From contig NW_026262690.1 of NCBI RefSeq assembly GCF_021869535.1, forward strand, positions 76,074,001 to 76,138,000: 64,000 bases of DNA, in the 5' to 3' direction. The notes beneath the pieces were generated by a model. The model saw only the letters and a list, made by a program, of their open reading frames with translations, was not told the origin of the DNA and did not search any database. The stretch's first letter is position 1. Every line of letters starts with the position of its first letter. This document shows, piece by piece, positions 1 through 11,765 of the stretch. Made by a program: the position numbers and the translations under genes. The DNA is from Mytilus californianus. Taxonomy: Eukaryota.

Positions 1-562
1 GAAAAGAATAGATAAAGCCGGTCAAGGAATCAGTCGGAGAGCTTTGCATAAGGGAGATATATAATTCCTTTAAATGATAGAGAATACTTTCAAAAATTTT
101 GTAACAGCTAATTTTAAAAACAAATCATCCGTATTTCAAGCCAATAGCAAAGTACTGGCTACTGGGCTGGTGAAACTTGAAGATCTAGTAAATACTGAAA
201 ACCAAATTCAATACCAAGGAGTATGATGGTAAACTGTGTGTCCTCGTGGATACGATACCATTATTCAATGTTTAAGTCTTCACATGATAAACATCCACCA
301 CAAAATGTACATTGTTTGTAAATAAACTCATCACATATACAGGGATTGAAAGGACAAGGTTCACTTTAGGCCAACAATGGCCTTGAATTTCAACTTTATC
401 ATAAAATGTCAAAATGGCCAGAATTTGGTTCTTATTTGTTAAAATGAATCTTTTCATAAGAGCACATACTTGGCTTCAAAATCACCACATTTTAAATATA
501 TTTACAAAATGCGATGATTTTGTGCATTTTTCGGACCTAAAAGCTTGAGGAAACCTTTGGCC

Positions 563-750
563 TACGAAAGCCCAGAAGGATCATGCGAGATCCGATATTC
601 GAAATTCGAGATTCAATATCCGAAGTTCGAAATTCGGAATTCGAGATTCGAGGTTCAATATCTTTATTTCGAGATTCGAGATTCGCAATTTTATATCCAG
701 CGTTACCAATCAGAAGAGAGTTTCTAAGATTTAAAATCTTTTAGACCAAT
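563..750 (+). repeat. Left TIR with 7-bp TTCGA(G/A)A repeat array and two CCAAT boxes
   Basis: First ~80 nt are nearly identical to the reverse complement of the right end at 21752. Shared block TATATCCAGCGTYACCAATCAGAAGA; CCAAT at 706-710 and 746-750. Confidence 0.9.
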
Positions 751-860
751 ATAATGAAACATCTTATCACAGGAAAAGATAAGAAAATGCAGCGACTGAA
801 TAGATATCTCGCGTGCTAGTATATCAAAACTTATCACACGAGACGGAAGCAACAAATGAA

Positions 861-963
861 ATGGCGGCGTTCACTGTTACGGATAAGTACAAAATAACAG
901 TTCGTGGTAAGCATGGAAAATATTCCTTCATCATTGAGAAAGATTTCACTTACGACGAACTAG
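861..963 (+). CDS. Predicted exon 1 of the kinase gene (MAAFTVTDKYKITVRGKHGKYSFIIEKDFTYDEL)
   Basis: AAATGGCGG start 111 bp after the inner CCAAT of the left TIR; GTAAGA donor; phase-compatible with 9415. Confidence 0.6.
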
Positions 964-1859
964 GTAAGATGTTTTTTTTTTTCATATACTTGGAATTGGG
1001 GGGAGGGTGCAAACTTTATATTGTGTTTACTCGTATTTTACTGTAACTGTATATGAACGAAGCCTAAAAATTGATAAAAATTGTTTATGTTTATTTGTAT
1101 TATACTTATTATTTACTATTGTTTGTTGAAATTCGTGTAATTTGTTTATGAAGCAAGCGATAGTTTTGAATATTAAGCAAACTTGGGCTAAAAAATGATT
1201 AACAGCGAGGCGGAGAGCTTTTATCTTATTTTATTTTCATTTTCATTCAAAATATTTTAGGGCAAGCAAGTCCGAAGATCATTACTTTAATCTAGCGTAA
1301 CTTTACAACTTTGAAAAATTTAAGATAATTTAGGTTGATATAGGGGTAAACCAGCATTTTTAGTTAACAATTTTTAAATGATTTGGTTTTGTTTATCTAT
1401 AAAATATACAAATATTTTATTTTCGAAGAAATTGTACTTTTTTTTCCATTTCCTAAAGAATAAATTTCACTCCGTTATATGAAATATCTTAAAAAAATAG
1501 TTTTATCCAAAATTCTACAGAAAAGCTTTAAAGGTAGGGAGATTATTACATAAGATAATTTTGTATACTTTGAAACTTGATTTTTTGTAAAATATTTTAA
1601 AACCATAATAGAAGAGTGACCTGGAATCCTGATAAAATATTTTCGATTTTGCAAGCTTTTATTCAAAAAGATTCGAACCGGAAATCCGCTTACGGTATTG
1701 AGAATAAGATTGTCCAAAAATTTTTGTGACCCTTAAATCGACTTTCGTCGATCTTCGATAATGAAGCAGCATTTCGTGGATCTCAGATGGTTCCGTATGA
1801 TTCCGTCCACAGATACTTGTTGACTGGATCGGATCATCACCCCTTTTTAAAGAATTATG

Positions 1860-2757
1860 ATCTTCAGTTGACGAATTATTATATCCCCGTTTTCTCAGGT
1901 GCGTTTTTATTTCTTCTCTTCTTATTTTGTAATGTTCTTCTGTTGAGCAAATTCGTTTAACACGAATACCGAGTCCATAAGGTATAGCATTTTTGACAGA
2001 ATTTGGATGGCTTGACGAAACATGTAGGTACTGGTGTCTATCTGTTGATTTTGTATAAAGATCTGTTTTTAGTTCTCCGTTTTCTATGTTTACAAATACA
2101 TCAAGAAATTATTTTTTTTCAGTTGAATAGCGCATTTCAGTTTGAATTCGCGGATGTAAATTATTGGACAATTCGTGAAATTTGTTTAATTAGTCTAAAC
2201 CGTGTTCCCATATTCCCCAGATGTCATCAACATATCTCCAATATGAATACGGCTGTAAATTACTATTTTGAAATAAATTTTCTTCCCATTGTCCGAGGTA
2301 TAGTACAGGCATAATTCATGCCTAGATGTGAACCAATAGCTGTTCCTTCGGTTTGTAGAAAGTGCTTTCCGTTAAAGCTAAAATTATTATTTTCAATGAT
2401 TAAGTCCATCATTTTAAGAACATCTTCAGTTGGGATTGATATATCAGATCGATTTTCTAATGCTGTTTTACATACTTATCGTGTTTCTTTTCGTGGTACA
2501 CTTGGATACAATTTAGTTACATCTAAACAAAACATTATTGCGTTCTCTGGTAATGGCTGTTGAATTTTATTTAATTTGTTTAAAAAATCTGTTGTGTCTT
2601 TAATATAGGTGGGCAAGTTTCGAACATTTTCCGAAAGCTCGTTTTCCACTATTTCTGCGATCTTTTCTGTCGGATGGTTCCGTCCATTAATAATTGTTCT
2701 TACCGGATGATATTCTTTTGTGCAATTTTAGATTTGCTTGTACTTTTCCAGGACATA
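1860..2757 (-). mobile_element. Penelope-like element reverse transcriptase fragment (degenerate)
   Basis: Minus strand reads HPVRTIING..LPTYIKDTTDFLNKL..LDVTKLYPSV..NNFSFNGKHFLQTEGTAIGSHLG..YWRYVDDIWGIW..NFLDV..LYTKSTDRHQYLH..HP..AIPYG, with stops and frameshifts. Confidence 0.88.
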
Positions 2758-2889
2758 TATCTTTCGGTAGTTGAAAACATATCTACTACCGAATGGAACA
2801 TGTCCTGGAAAAATACAAACAAATCATAAATTGCACAAAAAAAAATTCTTGATCTTTCAATCTTCATCAAATTTATCACAGAGTAAGTT

Positions 2890-3540
2890 TATATGAAAAT
2901 ACAGATACCATAAGAGGAATCGGTGGAAACTTTTTGTCTTCAATATGTACAGAGGGCTCAAAGTGTCAGTTTGATATTCAAAATATATTACAAAAGACTA
3001 CCGGAGGCCGCTTAAATGACAGTGAGACTTTCCTGATATATCAAAGTCAATTAAATGTAAGTTACTGTTAGGCTAGGTATAGATATCAAAACTGTAAAAA
3101 GATCTCTGAAACAATAATCATTTTATCACGGGATAGGGCGGGGTGCATTAGATACACCTTTCTGGTCTTTTAATCCGCAAGAAATTTAGCATAGATAAAT
3201 ATATTCTATTACCAATTAAGCTAGGGCCCACAAGGAGCATATAGAGAATACATAAATAAGGAAAAAGAACATTGATTAGCAAATGTAAATATAGATACAA
3301 ATAAGAGAAATTTGTGAAAACTTCTTGTCTTCATTATGTACGGAGGGCTCAAATGTATATTTGAAGATCTGTTTCTATACCTAGTCTAAGAGACCGCCAA
3401 ATTTTATTGACATTTAAACGGTATTCGGTAGTCTTATACTATATATTTTGAATATCAAAATGTCACTTTGAGCCCTGCGTAAACATCGAAGAAAAAAATT
3501 TCCCTAAACAAATTTTTCTTGACGTAATTTGTAATGTGTC
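2890..3540. mobile_element. MITE-like element with long imperfect inverted ends
   Basis: 2930-3005 (GTCTTCAATATGTACAGAGGGCTCAAAGTG..GACTACCG) is inverted at 3424-3500; an internal direct copy lies at ~3300-3355. Confidence 0.5.
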
Positions 3541-3572
3541 TATATGTTAGCGAACTATATGTATACTGTGTG

Positions 3573-5390
3573 TCAATACTTAATTAGTTTAATGATCTTG
3601 CATCTAGATTAATGTGACAGTTTATACGGTACATTAGTTGCACAGTAGAGTTGTAATAACATTGATAAGTTTATCAAAATATTTTAAGACCATAAAGCAA
3701 TGTTTAGTCTAAATTAAGAACATATGTTATTAGACGATCTTGTGAGAAATTTTATGTTGGTCAGTAGTTTTTTAGATGAGTTTTAAGTAACAAGTTCTAT
3801 GCACGAAAATTAATTGAAAGGATAAATGTTAATTGAGACTATAAAGAGTAAACTTTTTGCAAGGTTTCCGCAACTGTTCTCGACGAAAATCAATAAATTA
3901 CATGGTAATAATTTTTTTTATTGTTAGTTCAGATTGTTTTTTAAATAAGTTTTAGCAAAAGAAAAAGTTTATTTTCTTTAAAGTTCATGTTGCCTCCCCT
4001 AATTATTTTACTTATGTGATAATTTTTGGTGTGATTTTATAATTCGAGAAAAACGAATTTTGTTTAGCGGGGAGTGATACGGCGAGGTAAACTTCGTGTA
4101 CGTCAAGGAGTTGATGGTCAATACTTAATCAGTTTAATGATCTTTCATCTTGATTAATGTGACAGTTTATACGGTACATGAGTTGCACAGTAGATTTGCA
4201 ATAACATTGATAAGTTTATCAAAATATTTTAAGACCAGAAAGCAATGTTTAGTCTAAATTAAGAACAGATGTTAATAGACGATCTTGTGAGAAAATTTAT
4301 ATTGGTCAGTAGTTTTTTTTTTTAGATGAATTTTAAGTAACAAGTTGTTTGCACAAAATTAATTGAAAGGATAATTGTTGATTAAGATTTTAAAAGAATA
4401 AACTTTTTGCAACGATTCACGACGAAAATTAATAAATTACATAGCATATAATATTTTTTTATTTATTATTAGTTTAGATTATTTTTTAAATAAGTTTTAG
4501 GAAAAGAAAAAAGTTTATTTTCTTTAAAGTTCATATTGCCTCCCCTTATTATTTTACTTATGTAGTAATTTTTGGTGTGATTTTTACAGCGGATGACCGT
4601 GAGGGCATTCCGGTGTATTGTTGCCACAGACATTTCTATCCACGTGACTTGCGTTTTTGACTGATAACCGAACGTATCTCATAAAATTACGCGGATATTA
4701 TCGTATGCAAAATAACATTCCTTATTGCTTGTATATTGATTTCATCAATAAATATTCATGAAAATAATTTTTATGAACATAGATAAATGATATGAAAATG
4801 TTTTGTCGTGAGAAATATATATATCAATAACAAATCAAGAATACCGAAAATTTGTGTTAACGCATGCGGAAGAATATCTCAAGAACGTTTTGCGGGAAAA
4901 TATGAATGCCTACTCAAATAATCTATTAGAAAAATCGAATTATTACAGAAGAGTGTCCACCATGCACTTGGACTGCACTATTATTAGAATAGTAAAATAG
5001 AATGATATACAAATGGATGAAAATTATATATACATGTAACTGTTATACACAAATATTAATATAATATATAACAACAAACCAGAGTATGTTGATTTGTATC
5101 ACTACAATATAATAGTTATTACGGTGAGGTTGAATTCCCTGTCATTTATTCATCATCCACGCACGAACTTGTCTCGGAAAAAAATATATCTATGTACCTT
5201 AACCTCACTTTCAGGTATAGAGATGTGATTTTTTTTTCTGGGACAAGTGCTTGTGACCATCCACAAGAACTTGCGGTCATCCGATGTTCAGTACTTCAGT
5301 ACTTTGATAGCATTCGAGAGAAAAAGAATTTTGTTTAGCGGGGAGTGATATGGCGTGGACAACTACATCAAAGAGTTGATGGGCAATACT
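3573..5390. repeat. 545-bp tandem duplication; second unit interrupted by a ~0.72 kb insertion
   Basis: TCAATACTTAAT.. starts at 3573 and 4118. The unit-end motif TTTGTTTAGCGGGGAGTGATA occurs at ~4060 and ~5330; extra sequence fills ~4587-5312. Confidence 0.8.
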
Positions 5391-5789
5391 ATTACACATT
5401 ATAGCGTGTTCCCTATGCTAGCGGGTTAAATATGGATTAATCGATCCCGTATACATAGTTCTAAAAAATGACAAGTAACAAAGTACACAGAATAGAGCCC
5501 TGTTACAATAATATTATGAAGATTGAAAGATCAGGAATGTCGAGCCAACGACCTATGCCCTCTTACATGTACCTGAGTATATTTTTTATTTTGTATATAA
5601 AGTCAATCGAATTTATCGTTTGTTTTTGGCTTTCCATGCGTTTTTCAAATGTTACAATATCATCCTTTGTTTATGTATTATATTGAACTATTATCTTTAG
5701 AAGTACATCTGTGATTGCATTTTATTGATAAATCTATATAAATATATATATATATAAAACTTAAAGATAAAAATGCAATTTACATATTG

Positions 5790-7463
5790 TTTTTAGCTCA
5801 CCTGACCCAAAGGGTCAAGTGAGCTTTTCTCATCCCTTGGCGTCCGTCGTCCGTCGTCGTCGTTCGTCGTCGTCGTTAACTTTTACAAAAATCTTTTCCT
5901 CTGAAACCACTGGGCCAACATAAACCAAACTTGGCCTAAATCATCCTTAGGGTATCTAGTTTAAAAAATGCATTCGATGACCTAGAAATTTTTAGACGAA
6001 TCAGACAACCCGTTGTTGGGTTGCTGGTCCTAAATTTGTAATTTTAAGGAAATTTTGTAGTTTTTGGTTATTATCTTAAATATTATAATAGATAGCGATT
6101 AACTGTAAATAGCAAAAATGTTAAGCAAAATAAGATCTACAAATCAGTCAAATGACCAAAATTGTCAATTGACCCCTTAAGGAGTAATTGCCCTTTAAAG
6201 TCAATTTTTCACAATTTTTTGTAAATTTTTGTAATCTTTTACAAACATCTTCTCCTGAAATTACTGGGCCAAGTTAAACCTGACTTAACCTAAATCATCC
6301 TTAGGGTATCTATTTAAAAAAATATATCCGATGACCGCGCCCACCTACCAAGATGGCGGCCATGGCTAAAAATTGAACATAGAGGTAAAATGCAGTTTTA
6401 TGCTTATATCTCTGAAACTATAGCATTAGAGCAAATCTAACGGGTTTCAGATGTTCATCAGGTCAACATGACCAAAATTGTCAATTGACCCCTTAAGGAG
6501 TTATTGCCCTTTAAAGTCAATTTTTCACTATTTTTCTTGAATTTTTTTAATCTTTTTCACAAATCTTCTCCTTTAAATCTACTTGGCCAAATGGAATTAA
6601 ACTTAACCACAATTATTATAAGAGTATATATATCTTGATTGAAACATGTATCCGATGACCCTGCCCTCAGTACAAACAACATGGTCCCCATTGGAAAAAA
6701 TGGAACATAGGGGTTTAGTATATAGAAGTCTATGGGAAAAATGTAAAAAAACAATTTCAAATGGTCATAACTTGAAAACCAATTTAAATAATGATAAGGG
6801 GTCTTCTGTAACTAATGGGATGACTTGATTTTTTTCCAGTGGGTGCACTTTTTTCAGGGGGGTGCTAATAATTTCTCCTTGATATGATCCATTTCCAGAA
6901 TTATTCAATGTTACTTTTTCTATAAACCATTATTATATCTTTTCTTTCAGCATAATTATATTGGATGAATGCTCCTCAGACCCGGCGGGTTAGTCGGGGC
7001 CAGGGGAACCCCTGCCCAAATATTTTTTGAAGGGTGTTCCATAAAAACATTTAAAGGCATTTTCAGCATTATACAGGCCCTGGGTGATATAAATGTTGGA
7101 GCGGAGGAAAGGAAATTTTTTATTTTTCGTTAATTATCTTGAATATCATTATTGATTGATATATATTGTACACAGCAAAAATATCAAGAAAAGAAAGATC
7201 TACAAATAAGTTAACATGACCAGTTGGCAATTGACATCTTATTGGAGTTATTGTCCCTTAAAGTAATATCTGCAATTTATTGGTAATTTTTGTAACTCTT
7301 TTCAAAAATATTCTGCTTTTAATTTAACTACTGGGCCAAATTAAACCAAACTAGGCCTCAATCATTATTAGGGTATCTATATATTTTTAATCTTATTTTA
7401 CATGATTTCCAAAACCACAGTAGATACAGGTGAGCGACACAAGCTCTTGAGAGCCTCTAGTTT
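5790..7463 (+). mobile_element. Non-autonomous Helentron (HINE/DINE-like)
   Basis: 5' TTTTAGCTCACCTG subTIR plus short palindrome and a (CGT)n/CCGT microsatellite; internal repeats; 3' CAGGTGAGC subTIR, GCTCTTGAGAGC palindrome and TCTAGTTT end. Confidence 0.75.
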
Positions 7464-7464
7464 A

Positions 7465-8310
7465 TCTATATTGTGTCATAGATCAAACTTATTCGTTCAG
7501 TGTATATTTACTTGTTTTTATGAATATGTCTTTTTGATCGAGTTAAGCCATTCCAATTGATATTTTCTTTTATTATACTTCTGGTCAAAATGCCAGATTT
7601 TGATTGGTTAATACGAGGGAGACAATTTACTCTATCCCATGGCAAATACTCTATTACCCTTCACGGAGACGCTTGCTCAAGTGTGCATGCGCTTTAATAA
7701 ATATGGATGATTGTTATGTATAAGACGACATAGTTTATTACTTTGCATTTGAAATTTAAAGACAGAACATTCAGTATAATAAATTAAATAACACTTATCT
7801 GAGAGGGTGATAGAGCAGATTGTTACCCCTCGAAAAGACATTGTCAACCTTGGCTTCGCCTCAGTTGACAATGTTTTCTCGGGATAACAATCTGCTCTAT
7901 CACCCTCTCAGCTATGTGTTATTTATATAGTGTGTCTTTTTATGTTGTAATGTTACACCACTGTTTCAGGTTAGGGTGAAAGTTGGCGCCTGTTTAAACG
8001 TTTAAACCCGCTGCATTTTTATGCACCTGTCCTAAGTCAAGAGCCTGTTGTTCAGTGGTTGTCATGTGTTGATGTGGTTCATAAGTGTTCCTCGTTTCTC
8101 GTTTTTTATATAGATTAGACCGTTGGTTTTCCTGTTAGAATTGTTTTACACTAGTCATTTTTGGCCCTTTATAGCTTGCTGTTCGGTGTGAGCCAAGGCA
8201 CCGTGTTGAAGGCCGTACTTTCACCTATAATTGTTTACTTTTTACACATTATGACTTGGATGGATAGATGTCTCATTGGCACTCATACCACATCTTCTTA
8301 TTTATATATA
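7465..8310 (+). repeat. Interspersed repeat family (second copy on - at 61378-61775), interrupted by a palindromic element
   Basis: Ends CTCATTGGCACTCATACCACATCTTCTTATTTAT; homologous to the reverse complement of 61378-61775; a fragment also lies at ~15290-15405. Confidence 0.7.
7568..7927. mobile_element. Non-autonomous element ending in a ~140-bp hairpin (Crypton-type, inferred)
   Basis: Arms 7786-7848 and 7864-7924 pair around CTTGGCTTCGCCTCA; the element splits the host repeat at GATATTTT|ATAGTG. Confidence 0.6.
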
Positions 8311-9414
8311 CCAACAACATATAATTTTTTAAAGAAAAATCTGTGGATTTGAACTTTGAGATTTGGTGATTTTAAGACAAATTTTAAAACTTTTTTCGCC
8401 GATTTTATGTGCTTTCTATACAAATGTTCAACTATTTTGAAAGAATTCAATCAGTAATATTCCAGAAAATAAAAGAGATAAATGCATTATTTTTTTCGAT
8501 TTTCAGTTTAAGTGCAACGAGAATAAGCTGTATGCAAAATGTGAACACAATCTGTGACATAGTCCATTAACTTAACCATAATTGATTAATATAAACTATG
8601 TATCAAATGTGAGAGTTAAACGTAATTTTTCAATGTGCAAACCACAAGCTCCTTAATTGTATAAGTGATGCTTGATCGATCCATGATGTATATACATGAA
8701 AATTGCGAAGTGCGCGTGTATTTGCTTTCATCGGTATACATGGTAAATTCTTTTATCTTTTAAATGATTATTCTCTCAACGAAAAATTAAGGGTGATTTA
8801 GCCTCTACCAAATTAGATATTTAGAAAATCATTTGCCGAATCGTCGGCATTCTCTTTCCCTGATGACATTAGTAAACCTACGAGATGTTTCGAAAGTGCT
8901 GAAATTTTAGGTATAGCAAAACTTCGGATTCCCTCATAATCATGGTCGTAAAAAGGCACACGAATAACGTGATTGGCCATTGACGACCGACTTTGAGGAC
9001 CAGAGTTGACATTTTCGATTTTTGTCAACTTCATTTTCAAATATAGATTTTGAAGTTTTATATACAAAAATATTATTAAGTGTCACATCTCAATCGGCAA
9101 AGCCAGATCAGAAGAGATATAAACACAAAGCTGATGGAAACCGACTTTTTCTATGTCCACCATCACTTTGCGGCGGGGGACAAAAATAGGGCAGTAGTTG
9201 CAATAAAATATAACATATGTATGTCTAGCCGAAATTGCTTCCTGTTTAATGGTCCCTTTCTGCTGTTACATTTCTTCAACTTTTGTTTAAGGAATCTCAA
9301 ATATAATGTTCACTCCAGGTGGACACTGCGAATTTTCCATTAGCATTTTGTGTTTCAAAACAAACTAGTGAGGTGAGAGATTTTTTCTAGTTAAATATTT
9401 GGAATATCTTTCAG

Positions 9415-9545
9415 GAAACACTGTTGAAAGTGATAAAGAACAGCACATTAAGAACATGATAACGGCCATTAGAGAACAAAAGAAAAATCCTAAGAATGAT
9501 TCCAAAAAAGTAGGGAAAAAACGTTCAGTCGGAGAAGAGAATACG
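9415..9545 (+). CDS. Predicted exon 2 of the kinase gene (Lys-rich, NTVESDKEQHIKNMITAIREQKKNPKNDSKKVGKKRSVGEENT)
   Basis: AG/GT-bounded and stop-free in the frame that joins exon 1 to exon 3. Confidence 0.65.
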
Positions 9546-9597
9546 GTAGGTTGTATTTGGTAGTGAAATTATATTATCCATTCTGTTTGAAAACCTC

Positions 9598-9953
9598 GTG
9601 AGGAGGGGGGACTTCAATACTTTATTAATAGGGGTGCCGCTGGAGTTCTGTTACCCCACCCTTTTCCTATAATTTAGATTATATAAATGTATACCTTTTC
9701 ATATATTGCGTAGGTAAAAATGTAACCTTTTCCCCATATTAGCTGGGTTTCGTGTGGCGTGGTGGAAAAGTGGAATACCAAAGTGTCAAAAGAGCGAAAT
9801 TTGTGGATAAAAACACAGCCGGGATCACCAAGAAAGATGACAAACGAACATTATTGACCTTATCATATATTTCTGATAGTTTTCCCAAGCTAGAAAATGT
9901 GACCTATTCCAGCGGCACGTCTTATCACCTTGTATATAGGAAGTGACCCCCCC
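9598..9953. mobile_element. Possible MITE with G/C-run termini
   Basis: GGGGGACTTC at the left and GAAGTGACCCCCCC at the right are approximately inverted. Confidence 0.35.
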
Positions 9954-10289
9954 TTTTTTTCCTTCCGCTCCGGTTGGATACAAACGCTTTTATTTCTACA
10001 CATCTATGCGAATAAACAATTCGTATGCGGATATCTGTTAAATTAATTCACTCTTCAAAATGTGCAGTCTTACTATTCACATACACGCAATTAAAAAAGT
10101 AGCACATTTCGCTTCATAAAACAATGAACTTGGGTTCCAGAGTACGGACATTGGCTATATTCGTTAATATGAGGTATTAACAGATGTCATGGTGAAAAAC
10201 AACAATTAAAGCTCTGTTTCTTCGAACTAGACTCACTTACTTCTAGTACTAGTATGGTGTGTCAAGCACATCTAGGTACCGCATTTGCT

Positions 10290-11765
10290 TATTTTTAGCA
10301 AGTTATTGCCATTACTTGGCGTCCGTAGTCCTTAGTCATTGTCCGGGGCTAATATTTTTTTTCCGAAATAATATTATCTAGATCTGTAAACAATGCGGTC
10401 AATTGTATCCAATTTTACCTACATGTTCCTTAGGGTATATTGTTTGTAAATTATATTCGGGTTTTTGGTCCATAATAGAAATGGCCGATGGTACTAAACA
10501 GAATAGAATAGCATTATAGTCACTTTTTTTTTATCTATGATTGATGACCCCCAATCGAGGCCAAATATGACCTTCTCTTTTGTAGAAATAAACAAATGAT
10601 TAAAAATTTTAAAAAAAAATTCTCTGTTACCACTTGACAAATTTAAACCAAACTTGCTAGTAATGTTCCTTCGTTGGATGCTCCGCTATCATTTCCTATG
10701 GTCCTGTCGATTTTTGTCCCCCGGACATGAAAATACCGGGCGTCCGTGTGTCCGTCCGTCCGTCCGTCCGGTCTTGTTAGCGTTCTCACGGGTACAATTA
10801 TTGTCAGGTTTTGGTAAAACTTATACTATAGGTTAATATCAGCAATATCCCGGACAAATTCTAAAATGGTGGACGATTGAATTTTTTTAAAAGAGTTATC
10901 ATGTCCCTTGGAAATATTGAATTTATGGAAAAGGCCTCGTTAGCGCTCTCACAGGTACAATTCTTGCCAGAGTTTTATAAAACTTATACGATAGGTTACT
11001 ATCAAAAATATCTCGGACAAGTTCTAAAATGGTGGACGATCGACTTTTTAAATGAGTTATGCCCTTTGGAAATATTAAATTTATGGAAAATTGCCTCATT
11101 AGCGCTCTCACGGGTACAAATCTTGTCTGATTTTTATAAAACTTATACATTAGGTTAATATCAGCAATAGCTCGGACAAGTTCTAAAATGGTGGACGATT
11201 GACTCTTTTTAAATGAGTTATGCCCTTTGTAAATATTAGATAAGTGCAACGCGGGGGACATTGGAACTCTGTTCTTTTACTTTATTATGCCTATGACGAC
11301 CTCTATTTGGTTGACACATTTTCGACTTCTCGTTAGAAACAGCTGGACCAATATGAATCAAACTTGGCAGATATGTTCAATAGAATGTCCTCTATAACAG
11401 TTGAATCCTATGACTCTCCCATACATACAATACGGCTGTCTGGCCTATGATTGGTTCACACATTATCGGCATTTCATCAGAAATGACTGGGCTAATTTGA
11501 ACAAAAGTTGGTATTCATGTTCCTTTGATGGTTTTGATTGGATCAAATGACCCTTTGGATTTTTAGTATGGCCGCTTTGTGCTCTGATTGATTAACACTT
11601 GTATCAATTCTTTTTAGAAACTACAAAGCCAATTTCTACCAAACCATGTAGGTATGTTTCTTGCATAATGTTCTATCAAAATTGTGCCCAATTATCTGTT
11701 TTAATTTTCAAAATGCCTATATATATCAATGCGAACGATTCGGGCATCCGGAAGCCGTCAAGTTT
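10290..11765 (+). mobile_element. Old degenerate HINE containing a younger nested HINE
   Basis: 5' TTTTTAGC..TTGGCGTCCGT and 3' GAACGATTCGGGCATCCGGAAGCCGTCAAGTTT resemble the ends of 5790-7463. Confidence 0.5.
10711..11283 (+). mobile_element. HINE with three ~161-bp tandem units
   Basis: subTIRs TGTCCCCC (10715) and GGGGGACA (11253); (CCGT)n tract; units start near 10777, 10939 and 11098; 3' GAACTCTGTTC hairpin then T-run. Confidence 0.78.

Noticed and set aside
557-562. 6-bp TSD for the 563-21752 element
   Set aside because: Left flank TTGGCC does not match right flank ATTCCT, and no shifted match was found.
545-727. Repetitive ORF (FEIRNSRFE..)
   Set aside because: It is a translation of the 7-bp TIR array, not a gene.
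8813-9067. 84-aa minus-strand ORF
   Set aside because: No recognisable motif or splice context; intronic to the kinase gene.
10654-11261. ORFs with repeated peptides
   Set aside because: They arise from HINE tandem units.
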